Origin: Lama glama
Lineage: Eukaryota
Reading direction: 5' to 3'
NCBI GenBank assembly: GCA_028534125.1
Contig: CM052837.1
Span: 868,001-932,000 of the forward strand
Length of the DNA: 64,000 nucleotides
The notes below the pieces were generated by a model. The model did not search any database and had not been told where the DNA came from. It saw only the letters and a list, made by a program, of their open reading frames with translations. The position numbers were made by a program, and so were the translations under genes. Numbering within the stretch: the stretch's first letter is position 1; the number at the start of each line of letters is the position of its first letter. Below are positions 35,491 through 49,095 of this stretch, one piece after another.

Positions 35491-38400
35491 TGAACCAATG
35501 TTAACTAAGGCCTTATTATGTGCTGGGCTCAGCACTGGGATTCTAGGAGAAAACTCTTGCCTCCATGACCCTTGACATCTCTTAGAGGGGACAGACTAGA
35601 ACATGTTGAACAGTTGCAGCTGTGACAGGTGCCTCAGAGCATCAGGAGAGGTCCGGACCTGGTTGAGGGGTGGGCTGCTGGGCTGGCTCCTGCTGGGGAG
35701 AATGGCAGCGAGGCCAGAACTGAAAGGAGGAATAACAGAGAGGAAGGTGATGGCCGCGCGGGGGAGTGGCTTGTACCCAGGCCCTGGGGGCGGGGGGGGC
35801 ATGTCCTTCCTAAAGGAGCGAAGAAAGGCAGTCAGACAAGACCCTGGGGAGTGGGGAGGGGGCGCTCTGGGAGCCCAGGCAGTGGAGACAGGGGGCTTTT
35901 CCTCTGAAATCCCTGGGGAAGCACTGACGTCTGGCATGGGGAGGCCAGCATGGGGGAGATTCCATCCCTGCAGTGAGGGACCACCAGGGGCACCGGAGGG
36001 CCTCTCCGCCGGCAACCGCAGGTTTCATGAAGCTGTGTCTTTCCCTTTTTTTGTGGAAGTAAAACAAATATAAAAATGTTTTAAATAAAAAATAAAGAAC
36101 AAAGAAGGACAGTAGCCCCATCGTGCCCCCGTGTGACCTGCTGCACGGACGCCCTGGTGCACATCCCACGTGTGCAGAGCCACGTGAGGCCGCGCTCTCC
36201 CTGGGGGCAGCTTGTGAGTTTCCAAGGGTTCTGCACTGAAAGACAGAACACATATACCCCAGATGCGAACCCCGCTCTGCAGCTCACAAGCTGTGTGACC
36301 TTTATACGCTGCTGGGCCTCTCTGTTCATGCACAACAGTCTGCGGCTGTTTCTGCACCTCATGGGGCTCTGTGAGGGTTCAGTGGGCTCACGCCTGTGCA
36401 CCGCTGGTGAGCTACCATCCCACCTGGACTCTGCCTCTGGCAGTTAGAACTGAAATCACATTTTGGCCACTTGCTGGCTTTGGGGCGGGACCCAGACACT
36501 GCGCCTCTGTCACATTTGCTGCAGAGTGGCAGCTTTGATTTTCCAAAGGCTCCCTCCCACCCCTTCCGAGTCCTTGTTTGGCTCCTTGCTGGGCAGACGT
36601 TCTTGGAGAGCATCACTGACTTTTCCACACTTCGTAAAGAGACCCCCCTCGCCATTTACCCTGCACAGTATTTACCGAAAACTTGACTGGGCCGGAGGCT
36701 GGCGTCAAGGCTCGCTGTGCTCATCTCCGGGATCTGGCAACGCCCCTCGCCAGCACTCGGAATCACATAATCACAAAGACAGCGGCGCTTTCGGCAGATT
36801 CCGTCTCCAGGGGCGAGACACGAGGCTGTAGACCCTGCTAGCGGGGCCGGCCTGGCGACGTGCAAGGTCCGTGCGGCGTTCACAGCACTCTCGGGGGGTC
36901 CAGTAAGTGGCCGTACACTTTAGCCTTAATTAGACAAGACAATGTTACAGAAATAAAACCGAGCTATTTGCCTCACGTGCCAGGATTCGATTCTCTGTGA
37001 AAATGGGGAGGTTACATGGCGGTTCTTAGGAAAGAGGCCACGCAGGCCCAACAGACAGAGTCCGTTTCCTCCGGGAAGCTGACTGGGCAAGCCTGTAGAT
37101 TCCTGGAATGCGCAAGGACGCATTGCCTCAAGGATGCTCTGAGAACCAGCCAGGGGCATCTGGGTCCAGGCCGGGGCCGCTCGGGAGAAGGGTGCCGGGC
37201 TGCCCTGGGCCTCTGGCTCAGGCCGCAGAGGAGCCACGTGTCCCACTGCAGGAGTACAGGGAAAAGCTGAGCCTGTCTGCTGGGCAGGGTCGCCCCCACG
37301 CCTTGCCTGGCCTAGGCCGGCATCCCCAGACTCGAGCAATGTAGCACAAATGAGAGTGACAGTCCCCACCTTCAGTAGGCGTGAGTCATAATGTGACACG
37401 AGCCCAATGACACAGGGCTACCGCCATTCCTCTGGGCCCCAGCTGCCCAGTGAGTGGGCAGAGCCCCCGCAGAGGCGCTGGGACTGCACTGGCGCTTGGT
37501 GCAGTGACGGGCGGCGCTCTCACTCGTGAGCACAGCCTCCCATGTACCATGAGACAGTTCTAAGGACCATGGTTGTCACTTCTGCCCTGGCTGATTCTCG
37601 AGGGAGTGACCCAGAACACGCCAGAGGCAGGAGGTGTCCAGGGTCTGTAAGTCAGTGCCACAGCCACCCACCCCACCCCGCCACAGACGTGCAGAGGTGG
37701 CACCACCCCGGCATCAAAGAGGCCTGCCTGCCTGCCCGCCTGCCGCAGGGCCTGTGGGATTCGGGGGAGCGGAGCTGGTCAGAGCAGAGAGCCGACGGTG
37801 GGCGCTGCCAGAGGGGGCCCCCGGCCCGATACCCAGGCTGCCGTGAGCAGGGCACGGGAGCCGGGTGTGTCGTCAGAGCCGGCGCTGAGATCTCGGCTGG
37901 TGCCCAGCGAGCTTTCCCCACCTGCCCCAGGATCTGGCTCCAGGCGGTCCCTCGGGGTGCGTCCATCACGCTCCGCACTGCGGCCATAGGCAGTGGGTGT
38001 CTGACCTGCAATTCTGTGTGGGCGCCTGGTCTGGTGGAGGCAGAGGAGGCCGACAGGTGCACGCGTCATAACGTCACCCAAACAGCACCATCGGAGGCTC
38101 ACACACCCAGAGACGTGCCCGCCTGGCCCCTGTCAGGCCCAGATCAGAGCCTGCCCATCTCCCCCGGAGGCGGCTGCAGAGCACTGGGACCCACCAGTCA
38201 AGTAATGGGGTGCCCACTCTGCTGGGGGTGATGAGGGGCTCCTCGGGCACCTTAGAATCTGGTCTTTCTGGCCCTCTCTGCAATTCCACAGAAGCTGGGA
38301 ATCAGCCCGAAGCCTGAGGCCAGTGGTACCCCGGGAGTCCTCCTCTCGTGCCGGCCCCGCCCCTTGACTGCAGGTGGGTGGCCTGACGCTCCGGTGCTCT

Positions 38401-39038
38401 TCGTTGTCCATCTGTGACTGGCCAGCGTGACCCTGACCCTCACCACGCAGCAGGGGGCGGGCAGACGGGGAGGACCGGAGGCCGCCAGCGCACGTCTCCC
38501 GCCGGGCGAGGGCGTTTGCTGGGCCAGCGGATGAAGGACCTGCTTTGACACCCCAGGAAGAATGGGCAACCGAACGCCGTCCTTCTGAAAACAAACCAGT
38601 CTGCTTCCTTGCATCCCTCGGCTTGAAATGACAAAACCCGCCTTTTCCCAAGCCGCTCCGTTTCTGTGCGTCTCCACTCCTGCGCCCGGGGAAGAGGGGC
38701 AGGAGTGAGGACGGGAAAGGGGCCCGGGCCGGGGACTCGGCTGTGGCACAGGCAGGTGGGGGGCGTGCCGGGGGTGGGGGGCCCGCGACCCTGCCCAGGC
38801 GCAGTGAGGGGAAGAGCCCTTTCTAATCAGGCATTTCAACTGGGACCGGACTTCCACGACTGACGCCCCAAACCAGCACCGAACCCTGTTAAGACTGACG
38901 GGGGTCAGGGCACAGCGGCCCAGGGCGTGCAGAGGCCCCAGCTCAGTGTCCAGTGGATTCGGCTCCATGGCTGCCCTGACCCTGGGTGTACCTGCCTGAG
39001 TTTGGGCGCCTTTGTCTGATTTTATTTCCCCGGTGGCT

Positions 39039-39138
39039 NNNNNNNNNNNNNNNNNNNNNNNNNNNNNNNNNNNNNNNNNNNNNNNNNNNNNNNNNNNNNN
39101 NNNNNNNNNNNNNNNNNNNNNNNNNNNNNNNNNNNNNN
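39039..39138. other. Assembly gap (100 N; true size unknown)
   Basis: Run of exactly 100 N. Confidence 0.99.
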
Positions 39139-39169
39139 TCCAGATGTTGGCCTATTTATCTGCTGGAGG

Positions 39170-39360
39170 AGAACCATGGCCCCAGGCTGGGTCCAGCTCT
39201 TGGACGTTTTTTGGAAGACCCACGCAGTGGTGGTCAAAACATGAATTGATTGTCAATGTTTAAGAAGTGTAAGATTTTACATAAGGGTCTGGATTTCTGG
39301 CTTCTCTTGAAAACTCAGTGTCTGACAACGCTGGCCCCACTCTGACGTGGCAACCAGTGG
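39170..39360. mobile_element. MER102-like hAT DNA transposon fragment
   Basis: tctggatttctggcttctcttgaaaactcagtgtctgacaacgctggccc resembles MER102. Confidence 0.45.
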
Positions 39361-40191
39361 CCAGGCCAGGGTCCTCTGGTGCCGTGTGCGGCTCCTGCAG
39401 CCCCGGGGGCCTCAGCCCTGCTAAATGCCACCCCTGCAGCCCCCACCTTCCGTTTGCAGCCGCACAGCCGTGCTGCTGGAAGTCATCTGGGGCCCGTCAG
39501 GGTTCTGTGCGGATTCCTCTCTGCACGAACTGGGCTGTGGGGAGTCCTTCTAATAATAATGTCACACAAACCCTGGACGGCTCTCCAACAGATGCACTCA
39601 CTCGTGCTTCGTACGGAAAGCTCAGCTGTGCGTAGCTGGCAGTAAGCGTCGGGAGACGCCAGGAGGCTACCCTCTCCCGGGGAGAACCCACGCAGGTCTG
39701 AGCCGGTGACGGCGTGTCCGACACCCTGGCCAGCACTGCACCGGGGCAGGCACGTGACCCAGGCTGCCCTTGTGGGCTGGGAGAGCTGGGCACTTCGGGA
39801 AATTTCTTCTTGCCCTCAAAGGGAGACGTGAGAAATGGTCACCCCACCCCTGAACGGTCTTCTGAGTGCTGGTGTGCAAAGCTGACGGAGCGTAAACAGG
39901 GAAGGAGGCTGGGGCCTCGAAGGCCAAGCCCAAGATCTCCCGTTGGAGGCTCCCTCACCCGCCCCGCCGGGCGTGCGCGCCCGCCAGGACACACCAGGGC
40001 GCCCAGCCGCCCGGCCGTCACCTCCCCCTTCCAGCAGCGCCAGGGTTCTTCTGTTTCCCACGGAGGCGCGCCTCTGAGATCGTTTTTAAGGCCCACCCCC
40101 CAGCGGTCCTCCCCAACCTCCCTTTCTCGTGTGTCTTTTCACAAAGCATGAAAAACGCTCTCAAAAACGCTTTCAAAGAACTCACAGCAGC

Positions 40192-40277
40192 GGGGAGGGT
40201 GCAGCTCAGGGGTAGAACCCGCGCTTAGCAGGCACGGGGTCCTGGGTTCAATCCCCAGTCCCTCCACTAAAAAAAAA
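40192..40277 (+). mobile_element. tRNA-derived SINE (Vic-1-like) with target-site duplication
   Basis: ggggagggtgcagctcaggggtagaacccgcgcttagcaggcacggggtcctgggttcaatccccagtccctcc plus A tail. Flanking direct repeat TCACAGCA at 40182-40189 and 40278-40285. Confidence 0.9.
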
Positions 40278-40524
40278 TCACAGCAACAAAGGTGGTGACC
40301 TGGACAAGCGCAGAGAAGGGGACAGCAGGAGACGGCCACCTGGTCACGCTCGGGCGTCACCGGCCTTTAACACGGCCTGGTTCAGAGCCAAGTCTCTGGC
40401 GTGAAGGGTTCAGCAGGTTCTCTGACCTTCAGGAGCAGGAGGGCGTGGCAGATACAAAATGCAGCCCCTAGGCCGTCAGTGACTCTGCCCGGCAGGGAAG
40501 ACAAGTCCTGACACCCGAAGGCTC

Positions 40525-40684
40525 CACGTCCCCTGGCCCCCACGTCCCCTGGCCCCCACGTCCCCTGGCCCCCATGCGCCCTGGCCCCCATGCGCCCTGG
40601 CCCCCACGTCCCCTGGCCCCCATGCGCCCTGGCCCCCACGTCCCCTGGCCCCCACGTCCCCTGGCCCCCACGTGCCCTGGCCCC
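40525..40684. repeat. 16-bp GC-rich minisatellite, 10 units
   Basis: Units A=CACGTCCCCTGGCCCC, B=CATGCGCCCTGGCCCC, C=CACGTGCCCTGGCCCC in the order AAABBABAAC. Confidence 0.95.
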
Positions 40685-43600
40685 CACGGGGACGCTGGGT
40701 GTAGTCTGCTTTCCCAGTCATACCCAACTCCCCCCCAGAGAGAGATGGGCTGCGGTGCAGGCCCAGCCTGGCCCAGGTAAATTGGACTCGCCAGGGATGA
40801 GGCTGAGGCCCAGGTGGGGACCTGGGACCCAGGAAGGGAAGCTGAAGGGTAGCTTGGGTGCCCCACGTTGTCGGGACCTGAGGGTCAGGGGAACAAAGCC
40901 AGTACTGGGGTCTTCCATCAGCAAACAGTGGAGAAGGCTGATCTCCGTCTGTGCATCAGGTCGGCGGAGGTCCTGCTGTAGACGTGGAGGACTATGTCCG
41001 TACCGATGGGAGTAAGGGCAACCCTAGGGGATGCTTGGGGGGGTGGATCGGGGAGGAAAAGCGCTTCCCTGGGGCAGGAACAGGTGCTCCCCGCTGGGGC
41101 CCTCGGGCTGTGTGAGCGGGCGCTCCCTGCCCTTGCAGGGTGGCAGGGAGATGGGGACTGACTGGAAGCGCCTTCCTGGGGTCGCACTGTCCCTCCCTCC
41201 TCAGCAGGGTCTTCCGTGTCCCGAGGAGATTCCGTGAAGGCGGCCACGTGCCGAGTCTCGCCTCAGTGCAAACCCACCACGGTTCTCACGCCTGGTTCTC
41301 CCCAAAACCTCTGCCCGGCTCGGGCCTCTGTCTGGTCAGGAGGCCCCGGAGGACAAGCAAGCAGTGACGCTTACGAACCGCCCTGGGCTTACCTAGAGCA
41401 GACAAAGACCTCGGGAAGTGACTCAAATGCCAGGAAGGAAGTTGCTTTTTTCCTAAGGAGCTCATTTAAAGCCAGGACAGAAAATGATGCAAGGCGAGCT
41501 GAAGTCAGAAAAGAAAGCACAGAGCCAGCTGCACGGCCCGCAGTGGCGCCAGCCCCGCTCCGAGGCGCTGGGGGAGGGCTCGGCAGTGGGGGGCGGGGGC
41601 GGAGACCCTGTCTGGGAAGGTGGACCAGCTGACTCCCTCGGTGCACTGCCCTCTCCTCCTTCTCATGGAAGCACTGGGCACAGAGGAGGGACCACGTGCT
41701 GACACTTGACGGTCGATGAGTTTCCATCAGCTGAACTCACTCACAAAACTAGCTCCCAGATCAAGAGACGGAGCCTCCCCGGAGGCCCTGGTGCCACGGC
41801 CCCCCAGGGTGACCCCCGACTGGGACAGCGCAGGCGGTGACTCGCTGCAGTTCCCTCGTGGAGTCCCGGGGGTGCCCCGCCAGCCGGCCAGGGCCTGTGA
41901 GACTGAGGCACGTTGGTGCAGAGGGCTCACCGCCGCCTCCGTGCTGGCTGTTCCGCTGGGCGGACGTGCCTCCATTCTTAAGTCCGCGCTGTTGATGAGA
42001 TCCGGCAGTTAGAGGACTCCCTGTGCGTGATCAGGGAGGAATGCGTCGCTCCAGAGGCCCCTCTCCCACTGTGCCCGCCTCAGTGAGGGCGAGTCCCCTG
42101 GGCCCCCGTGACGCCCTCAGCTCCCGGAGGCCTGAGCCTGGCCTGCCTTCCTGCGGAAGCCGGGGGAGCGCGGCTGGTGCGGGTGTGGGCGCCCCCCACG
42201 TCTCACGCTGGACCAGCTCTGCGCCCGCGTCGCCTGAGCCTCGACGCCTCCCGACGCCCAGAGCTCCCTCGTGCTGCCGCTTCTTCCCACTCACCGGCCG
42301 AACGCCCCCCTAAACCTTGCGGGCCTGGGTGAGAGGCAGTGATGCCCTCCCGGAGCTCAGGGAGAGGCTGGCGCTGAAAACAAGGTTTGGGCGATGTGAT
42401 TAGAGAAAACGCGGCTAGAGCCTGGGGGAGGAGGTGCGTCAGGGAGAGCCAGGGCCTTCGACCTGAGCTGGGGTTTAAAGGGCAATGTGGATGCTGACCA
42501 GACCCCTGCCTCACTCGGCACCAGAAACAACGTGGACAGAGCCGGAGCCAGGCCCATCCTGGGAGTGGGGGTGGCGGTGCAGTCACGCTCCCCCCTTTCA
42601 AGTGCACACCCGCCCAGAGGCCCGGGCGGCATGGGGGGGGCTGGGGTGCAGGCGAGGGGCAGAGCTGAGCCCAGGGCCCGCACAGGAAGCTACGCGTGTG
42701 ATTGAAACCCCAGCAGGATTTAGGGAGATACAAGCAAGTGCGTTTCCTTCCTCCCCGGCGGGAGAGTGCCCAGCACATCCCCGGGGTGCTCTCTCCGAGG
42801 ATGAACAGCTCTGGGTAGGCCTCCCTCCCCAGCCAGGCTTTGTCATCAGAAACGCGTCTGGAATTGTCCCTTATCAGCCGCAGGGCTCTGGCACTTTCTC
42901 CCAAGTCTGCGTCAGCGACCTGATCACAGCACATTCCTCAACCAGACCCTGGGAACTGCTTGCTTGGGGTGGGGGGGGGGCAGTCTTTTTCCCACTGAGA
43001 TTTTGCTGTTCTTCTTACAGAAATGTATCACGGGTACAAAGCCAGCCTCGTGGGGAGGGCGCATTTTTGTTTCTGTTTGTCACTGGCTTTGGGGTTCATT
43101 TATGGTGGTGTCGTAACTTAACTAAGTGTTTTTTAACCGGTGCTCGCAACGGCGTCTGTATCCGCATGTGCTGAGAGAGGGCTTGTCTGGCCCCACGCTC
43201 GCAAAGGGAGCGCTCCCACGCCTCCGTGCTGTCGGCAGGTTTGCAGGTTTACCTTTGACGTAGAGCCTTCCGTCTCCCCGGGAGCACGCTTGGGGCGGGG
43301 GTGAGCCGGAGGCCCGAGGCCACGTCGCTCCCCACGCTCGTCCGGTGGGCTCACTGCATCTCGTGACCAAACCTGCCCGCTCTGTTCATTTCAAGCGCCG
43401 GCTTCATTACACACTCAAGTCTGATGCCACCTGAGTCTGTCTTTGCACTGGGTTCTCGTCACTGGCCTGCGCATCTGTTCAAACCCCCAACGCCACGCCC
43501 GGTGTCTCCCCATAGCTCGCGACGTTTCGGGGCGTCTGGATTTTAGATCTCGGATTCGCCTCGTGACCTGAATTTCCCTATTTCACTTCATGCTTTCTTT

Positions 43601-45454
43601 TTCGTAAGAACTTCTCAGAGATAAAAACCAGTTTACCCGGTTGAAACGAACTCTCTATGATTATTTATACAACCAGAAGCGTATAAATTAACGAGAGAAG
43701 AGTCTCCAGCTGGTAATGTGGAGCTTTCTGTCCCAGAAGAGAGAACGCTTTCCACACGGGCACAGGGTTGATTTTTTTCCCTCCTTCGTATTTTAGGTTT
43801 TCGTCACAAGGAACGTGCCCTTTTACGTTGATTCCATGGTGTTTTTAAAATCACTTTTTTAAATTGCTGCCGCAAATGAAATATTTTCCCGCTTTATTTT
43901 CTGGCTGATTTTGGTTTTCATAACGCTACTGATTTTGGCAAATCAGGCCCGTGCCCAGGCCGGACTGCCCACCGGTCCCGACCGTCGCTCGCTTGCTGCT
44001 CGGTGTCTCTCGTGCAGAGTCCGCTCCATCTGCAGAGGGAGGCGGTCACAGCCCGCCTCTCCCGGTCTTGAATCCGGTGCTCCTATCTCGGCGAAGCCGC
44101 CTCGGGGGCTCTGGGAGAATCTGGCGGGTGACGCGGCTTGGTCAGTGCCCTGCTGCGAAGTTCCTGCAAAACCGTCTCTAGCTCATCACCGTGAAGCATG
44201 CATTTCTGTCAGAAGCATTTCATCATGTTGTGGAAGCATGCGTCTGCTCTCTTCAACTGACTTTAAAAGTCAGAATTAGGTTGCATTTTACCAAACACCC
44301 CTTGACCTCTGCGGAAGTGGTGGCCTTCTCCCCTCTGACTTAGTAGGAGATGCTGGTGGCCCCCATTCCAGACCCCCTCAGGGTGGCGACCCCCACCCCC
44401 AGAAGGGCCCTCACCCCAGGGACCCTTCCCTGGGGATCCCTGGAAGGTGGGGCCCCGTCACACCGGGCTGCAAGGGGTACAGGAAGCCGCTCCCCTCCCT
44501 CCCATCGGGCAGGGAGTGGGGTGTAATTCGCACTCCAGAGCCCCTGTGGGAGGGGCCCCAAGGGACCCCCTGTTCTCTCCGCTGCTCCCGCCCCCTTCCA
44601 GCGTCTCCCAGGAGCCCGCGGGAGGAAGCACTCCGGGCATCCTCGCCTCAGGCTCTGCCCCCAGGGCCAGGCTGAAGTCAGGGAAGAAGCTGCGTGAGCG
44701 GGGACGGCCTCCCCCGCGAGGCGGGCTTGCCCTTCAGGGGGGACCGGCTGCTCTGACGCTTCCCCAGGCTGCGTTTGCTAATGCTTCCCCCTGACAGTCC
44801 CAGCAACAGGCGTGCGGGGACCCGCCCATCGTTCTCCTTCTGTGTTTTCTCAGGGTTTCGCATCTTACACACTGGATAAAGACATTCGGAAAGCTTTCTC
44901 TCTTTATCGACCTGGAAGCTTTAAAATGGCACCGGCATCACCTCCTACTTGAATCTGTCCCAGAGCCTGTCTGGACCTCGCCAAGCTCGCGGGCCTCGGT
45001 GACCGCCCGCCTCCGCTGCTTCAGGGTCACCTGTCTGGTGAGATATTCTGTTTCTCCTGAGGTCACGAACATTTCTTACCCAGACACGGAAAAATACAGG
45101 TTCTGTGTGTATTTCTGGAGTCGCGTGCATTCTGCTCACCTGCACGGGCTGCAGCACTGCCCCCGAGCTGCCCTGCACGCCCCGCTGCTGCGCGCGGCCC
45201 TCGCCCTCGCCCTCGCTGTGCCGCCGTGTCTGGCTTCCGCTCCACCTGCCGCCACGAGAATAGTTCTGTTGTGTTCTCTTAGTACGTAAAAAAAACGCAA
45301 AAAACACCATAGAAAAGAATGACGTAACAACAACTCCAGATCCCACCGCTCTGAGACCTGGCGCCTCCCCCGCTGCACTGAATTCAGCGCCTAGAGCCTG
45401 GGTCTCCTCCGTCGCGGTCGGGGCCTCTTTAAGGGAAGACCCCACGGCGACTGA

Positions 45455-45873
45455 GCCAGATAAGCACCAACTTAGTGGCTCAAAACAACACAGCTGGACT
45501 CACTCACTGTCCGGGAAGCCAGGAGGCTCCTGGGGCTACAATCGAGATGACAGCAGGGCTGTTTCTCCAGAGGCTCCAGGGGAACCAGTTCCTGGCCTTT
45601 CCCGGCCCCTGGACCCACCAGCACCCCCAGCCCCTGGCTCCTCCATCCTCAAGACCAGTCATGCAGGTTCAGCGTTTCCCTCTCTCCCACAAGGACCTTG
45701 TCACTGCGCTGCACCCTCCGGGTTACTGAAAACCCTCTCCTCATCTCAAGATTAGCTGATCAGCAACCTTAATGCACCTGCCGCACGTTCCCCTTGCCCT
45801 GTAAGGAGACGCTCCCAGGTGTGGGGTTTGGAAGCCAGTGTCTTCAGGAGGGGAGCACTGTTTTGCCCGCCAC
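45455..45873 (-). mobile_element. MLT1 (MaLR) solo LTR
   Basis: caccaacttagtggctcaaaacaacac...cagcagggctg..tctccagaggctccaggggaa...aaggaccttgtcact...ctcctcatctcaagatt...ttttgcccgccac. Confidence 0.75.
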
Positions 45874-48829
45874 GTCTCCCAAACATCTTTTTGCAAGTCC
45901 GCTCCCTCACTCCTGGGGTTCGGGGCCCCTGACATTTGCTGAGCTGCACTAGGCCTGGGCAGCAGGTGCGAGCAGGGGACCCTCGGAGAAGTGGGCTGGG
46001 GGAGGGACACAGTCTGGAGGGAGTGGCCGTCCGGGGCCCGAGCTCTGGGCACAGCCAGCCCCCCTCCCCCAGGGAAGGCTCCTTGAACCCCCTCAACAGC
46101 TGTCCTAGGGAGCTCTCTTCCTTACGCCCACGAGGAAGAAGCCGAGGCCCAGAGGGGCTCGGGGTCACAGAGACCCCGCCAAGAATGAACAACCTGGAAC
46201 TGAGGGCCGTGTCCTGAGCTCCCCCCGCGCGCTGGAAATACCCCAGGAACTTCACTCAGGGGAACCCTGCAGGAAATCACTCCTCTCCACCCTTCTCAGG
46301 CCTCTCAGCCCTTCTCCAAATATGGCACCAAACACAGCCGGGGGCAGGGAAGTCGCTTCCTGGAGCACCGACGGGTCACGGAGGGACGTTTCCTCGCAGG
46401 TTGCTGGGTCTCTGTGGGACACAGGGGGAGCCAGCACCCCCGACCCCCGACCTGCCCTCCCCTCACGCCAGCCTGGCATCAGCCGCCCCCAGCTCCGCGG
46501 TCAGCGCAGGCGGAGGGCGGAAGGGCGCCCCGGGCCGTGCCCCTCCAGCAGGAACTCTCTGAGCAGGGCTCCCAGCAGGACGAGGCTCCGCTCCCGGGCT
46601 CACCCGCTGATAGCTCAGTCCCCTCCGCTCCAGTGAAGACAGTGCCGGGCCCTCTGTGCCTGTGGCCCACGCCCGGGGAGAGCCGAGCCCGGGAGGCACT
46701 CCAGCCCGGGCTCCACCCCAGCAGCCCTCCGCTCCTGGCAAGGGACGCCTCCCAGGGACAGACCCCTCAGACACTCCCGCCGCCCTCCTTATCCGCCTCT
46801 GCCCACGGAGACTCCACCTCCAACTTGTTTTTAAGTTACTTGTTCTTGGTAGCAAAAAACGCCAGGCATCAGGCTAGAATCATGGCGGTCTTACTGCCTC
46901 GGGGGAACTAGTCCCCCCGGTGAGAGCCGGGGACACTCAGAGGCTGAGCCCCGGAATCGTGGAAGGCTCCCCATCGTTCCAGGAAAGCCGGCTCTCGCAG
47001 CAGGGAGGTGCTGCCCCGAGGAAAGGTCAGGGCTCCCACAGGTAACATCCTCCACGAAGTTTGGAGGCAACCACCAGGCAGAAATCTGTCCCCAACTCAT
47101 CTCTGAGAATCCAGGCTGACATGTGAAGGCTTTGCCCCGCTCCACGCCTGTGCCCGGGCCCACCAATTAGGGTGCTGCTTCTGCTGTCTCCCCAAAGAGC
47201 ACGGGGTCACAGAAGGGGGCGTTCCACCCAGAGCCTGAGCTCCCACCTCGGGACCACGCTCTGGGCACCTGGCATGTCCAAGGCCGGGCGGGTCTTCCCT
47301 GCCCGGCCCATCCATCTACCAGCCGGGGGGCGGCCCTGGGTGTGTGTACCTGTAGGAGAGCTCTGGCCGTTTATGGGGTGTTTGTGGGCAGGGTCTGCAC
47401 ACTGGGCCCCCTGGAGGTGCAGGATAGCGGGGTAGGAAGAGCAGGGGGGCCAAGGGCCAGGGGCCAGAGCAGCTCAGCCCTCACTGCCAAGTCCCCCCAG
47501 GAAGGGGGGTCAGGAGCTCTAAATCCAGCCCTGGGTCTCTGGGCCGTTGGGAGGGTACAGTTATCAAGATAGCAAGATAACTCCATTTTATTCAACAGTT
47601 GGTTAGCTCAGGTTGGGACTTTCACATATTTAAACCCACAGTAAATGGCCCAACCATCTCTGGGGGGAGGGTCACCAGCAGCAGGTGCAGAGCATGGGGG
47701 CGTCGGGGCTCGGAGCCCCCGCACAGCCTGCCAACCTCGGCCGGGCTGGGGGCACCCGCCCTGGGGCAGCCCCTGCCTGCTCGGCACTTCCTCCCCAGGG
47801 GTTGTGTCCCCAACTCTGGATGGACCCTGGCTCGTGACCCCCTGTGATAGACGTATAGGCTTCCTGAGAAAGCACGGCCTGGAAACACCGTTGTGAGTGA
47901 GGAGACCCGCGCCTCGACGGGCGAGGGCGAAGTTGCCCGCGAAAACCAGCTGGAGCTGGAAACCATGGCGCACAGGTGGCCACGTGGGCGCGGGCGCGGG
48001 AGGGACTGAGCGAGCCCACAGTATCTGCACGCCTGGGCCCCGACGGGTCCAGGGCAACCCAGCCGCCCCCTCCACCCATCGGCAGCGCCAAGGGGCTGTC
48101 GGTCGGATGACTCGTCCTCGCTTTGTCAGGTCCTGTCTAGAAACGACTCACGTCCAAGAAATCTCTTCCCTGCTGGTGAAGGTCAGCCCGGAGTCGCACA
48201 GAGGGACGCGCTTCCTTCTGCGGACGAGACAGATCCGGGCGACGGGCGTCCTCGCCCTCAGTTCTGCCCACGCGAGTGGCTGTGCAACGGGGAAACTGGT
48301 GAGGCAATGGTTCAAAGAGGTCTTGCTAAGGTCGTGCCTTGTGGTTGAATCGAAGTTACAAAATCGGCAAATGGAGTCACGCTGGTTTTGTGGCCTTACG
48401 CCTCACGCTTCAGGAACGCCCCCCTCGGGGAATATTACGTCAGAGGCTCTCAAACACCAGTGTGCATGGGGGTGGCCAGGGTGGCTCCTTCAGAGGCAGA
48501 TGCCGCCCTCCATCGCCGTGTGCGTGAGCCGACGCCCAGGGCAGGAGCCGTGCATCTGCTGGTCCCCTCAGCGCCGCAGGTGATGGTGACTGAAGCCGGC
48601 AGGACAGCCGCAGCCCCAGTGCCCATGTGGCACCTGGGTGCGGGGAACGGGGCCAAGTCTGGGGGACCAAAAGCTATGTTTCTGAGGTACCGTGAGAGGA
48701 AGAAGGTGGCCCTGGGTCACCAAGGATTCCGTGGTCCCAGCGTGAGCACTGAGATCACAGGCACCAGAAATGCTTACTTCTCGGTATGTAAGTTCATAGC
48801 GATACGATAAACCGACTTAAAAACCAAAG

Positions 48830-49095
48830 CTATTAGAAGCTGGTGGACAGGCCCTGAGGCTTTCAACGGCAAAGAAGCGAGTTCTGCCGACACTGTGGGT
48901 CAGCTCTGAAGCGGATCCCTCCCCACCTGCGCCTCTGGACAGGACAGCAGCCCCGGCTGACACCTCGACGGCAGCGTGGGGGCCCCGGAGCACAGGCCCC
49001 GCCGGCCACGACCAGGCTCCTGGGAGAGAACGGAAGCGTGAATGTTTGCTGTGGGGGCAGCCGCGGCCACAGTCGCTCCTCGCCCAGCAGTGGTG
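48830..49095 (+). mobile_element. MLT1 (MaLR) LTR fragment
   Basis: gttctgccgacac...ggaagcggatccctcccca-like...cagccccggctgacacctcgacggcagc is an MLT1D/E-like 3' half. Confidence 0.5.

Noticed and set aside
38986-39263. ORFs spanning the N run
   Set aside because: Artefacts of translating through a 100-N assembly gap.
40525-40684. CRISPR-like array or repeat-protein ORFs (GARGRGGQGTWGPG)
   Set aside because: Head-to-tail 16-bp units with no spacers, no cas genes, eukaryotic context. The peptides are just translations of a minisatellite.
43000-44280. AT-richer block as a possible exon or conserved element
   Set aside because: It resembles a highly decayed antisense L1ME-type sequence, and I could not support either assignment confidently.
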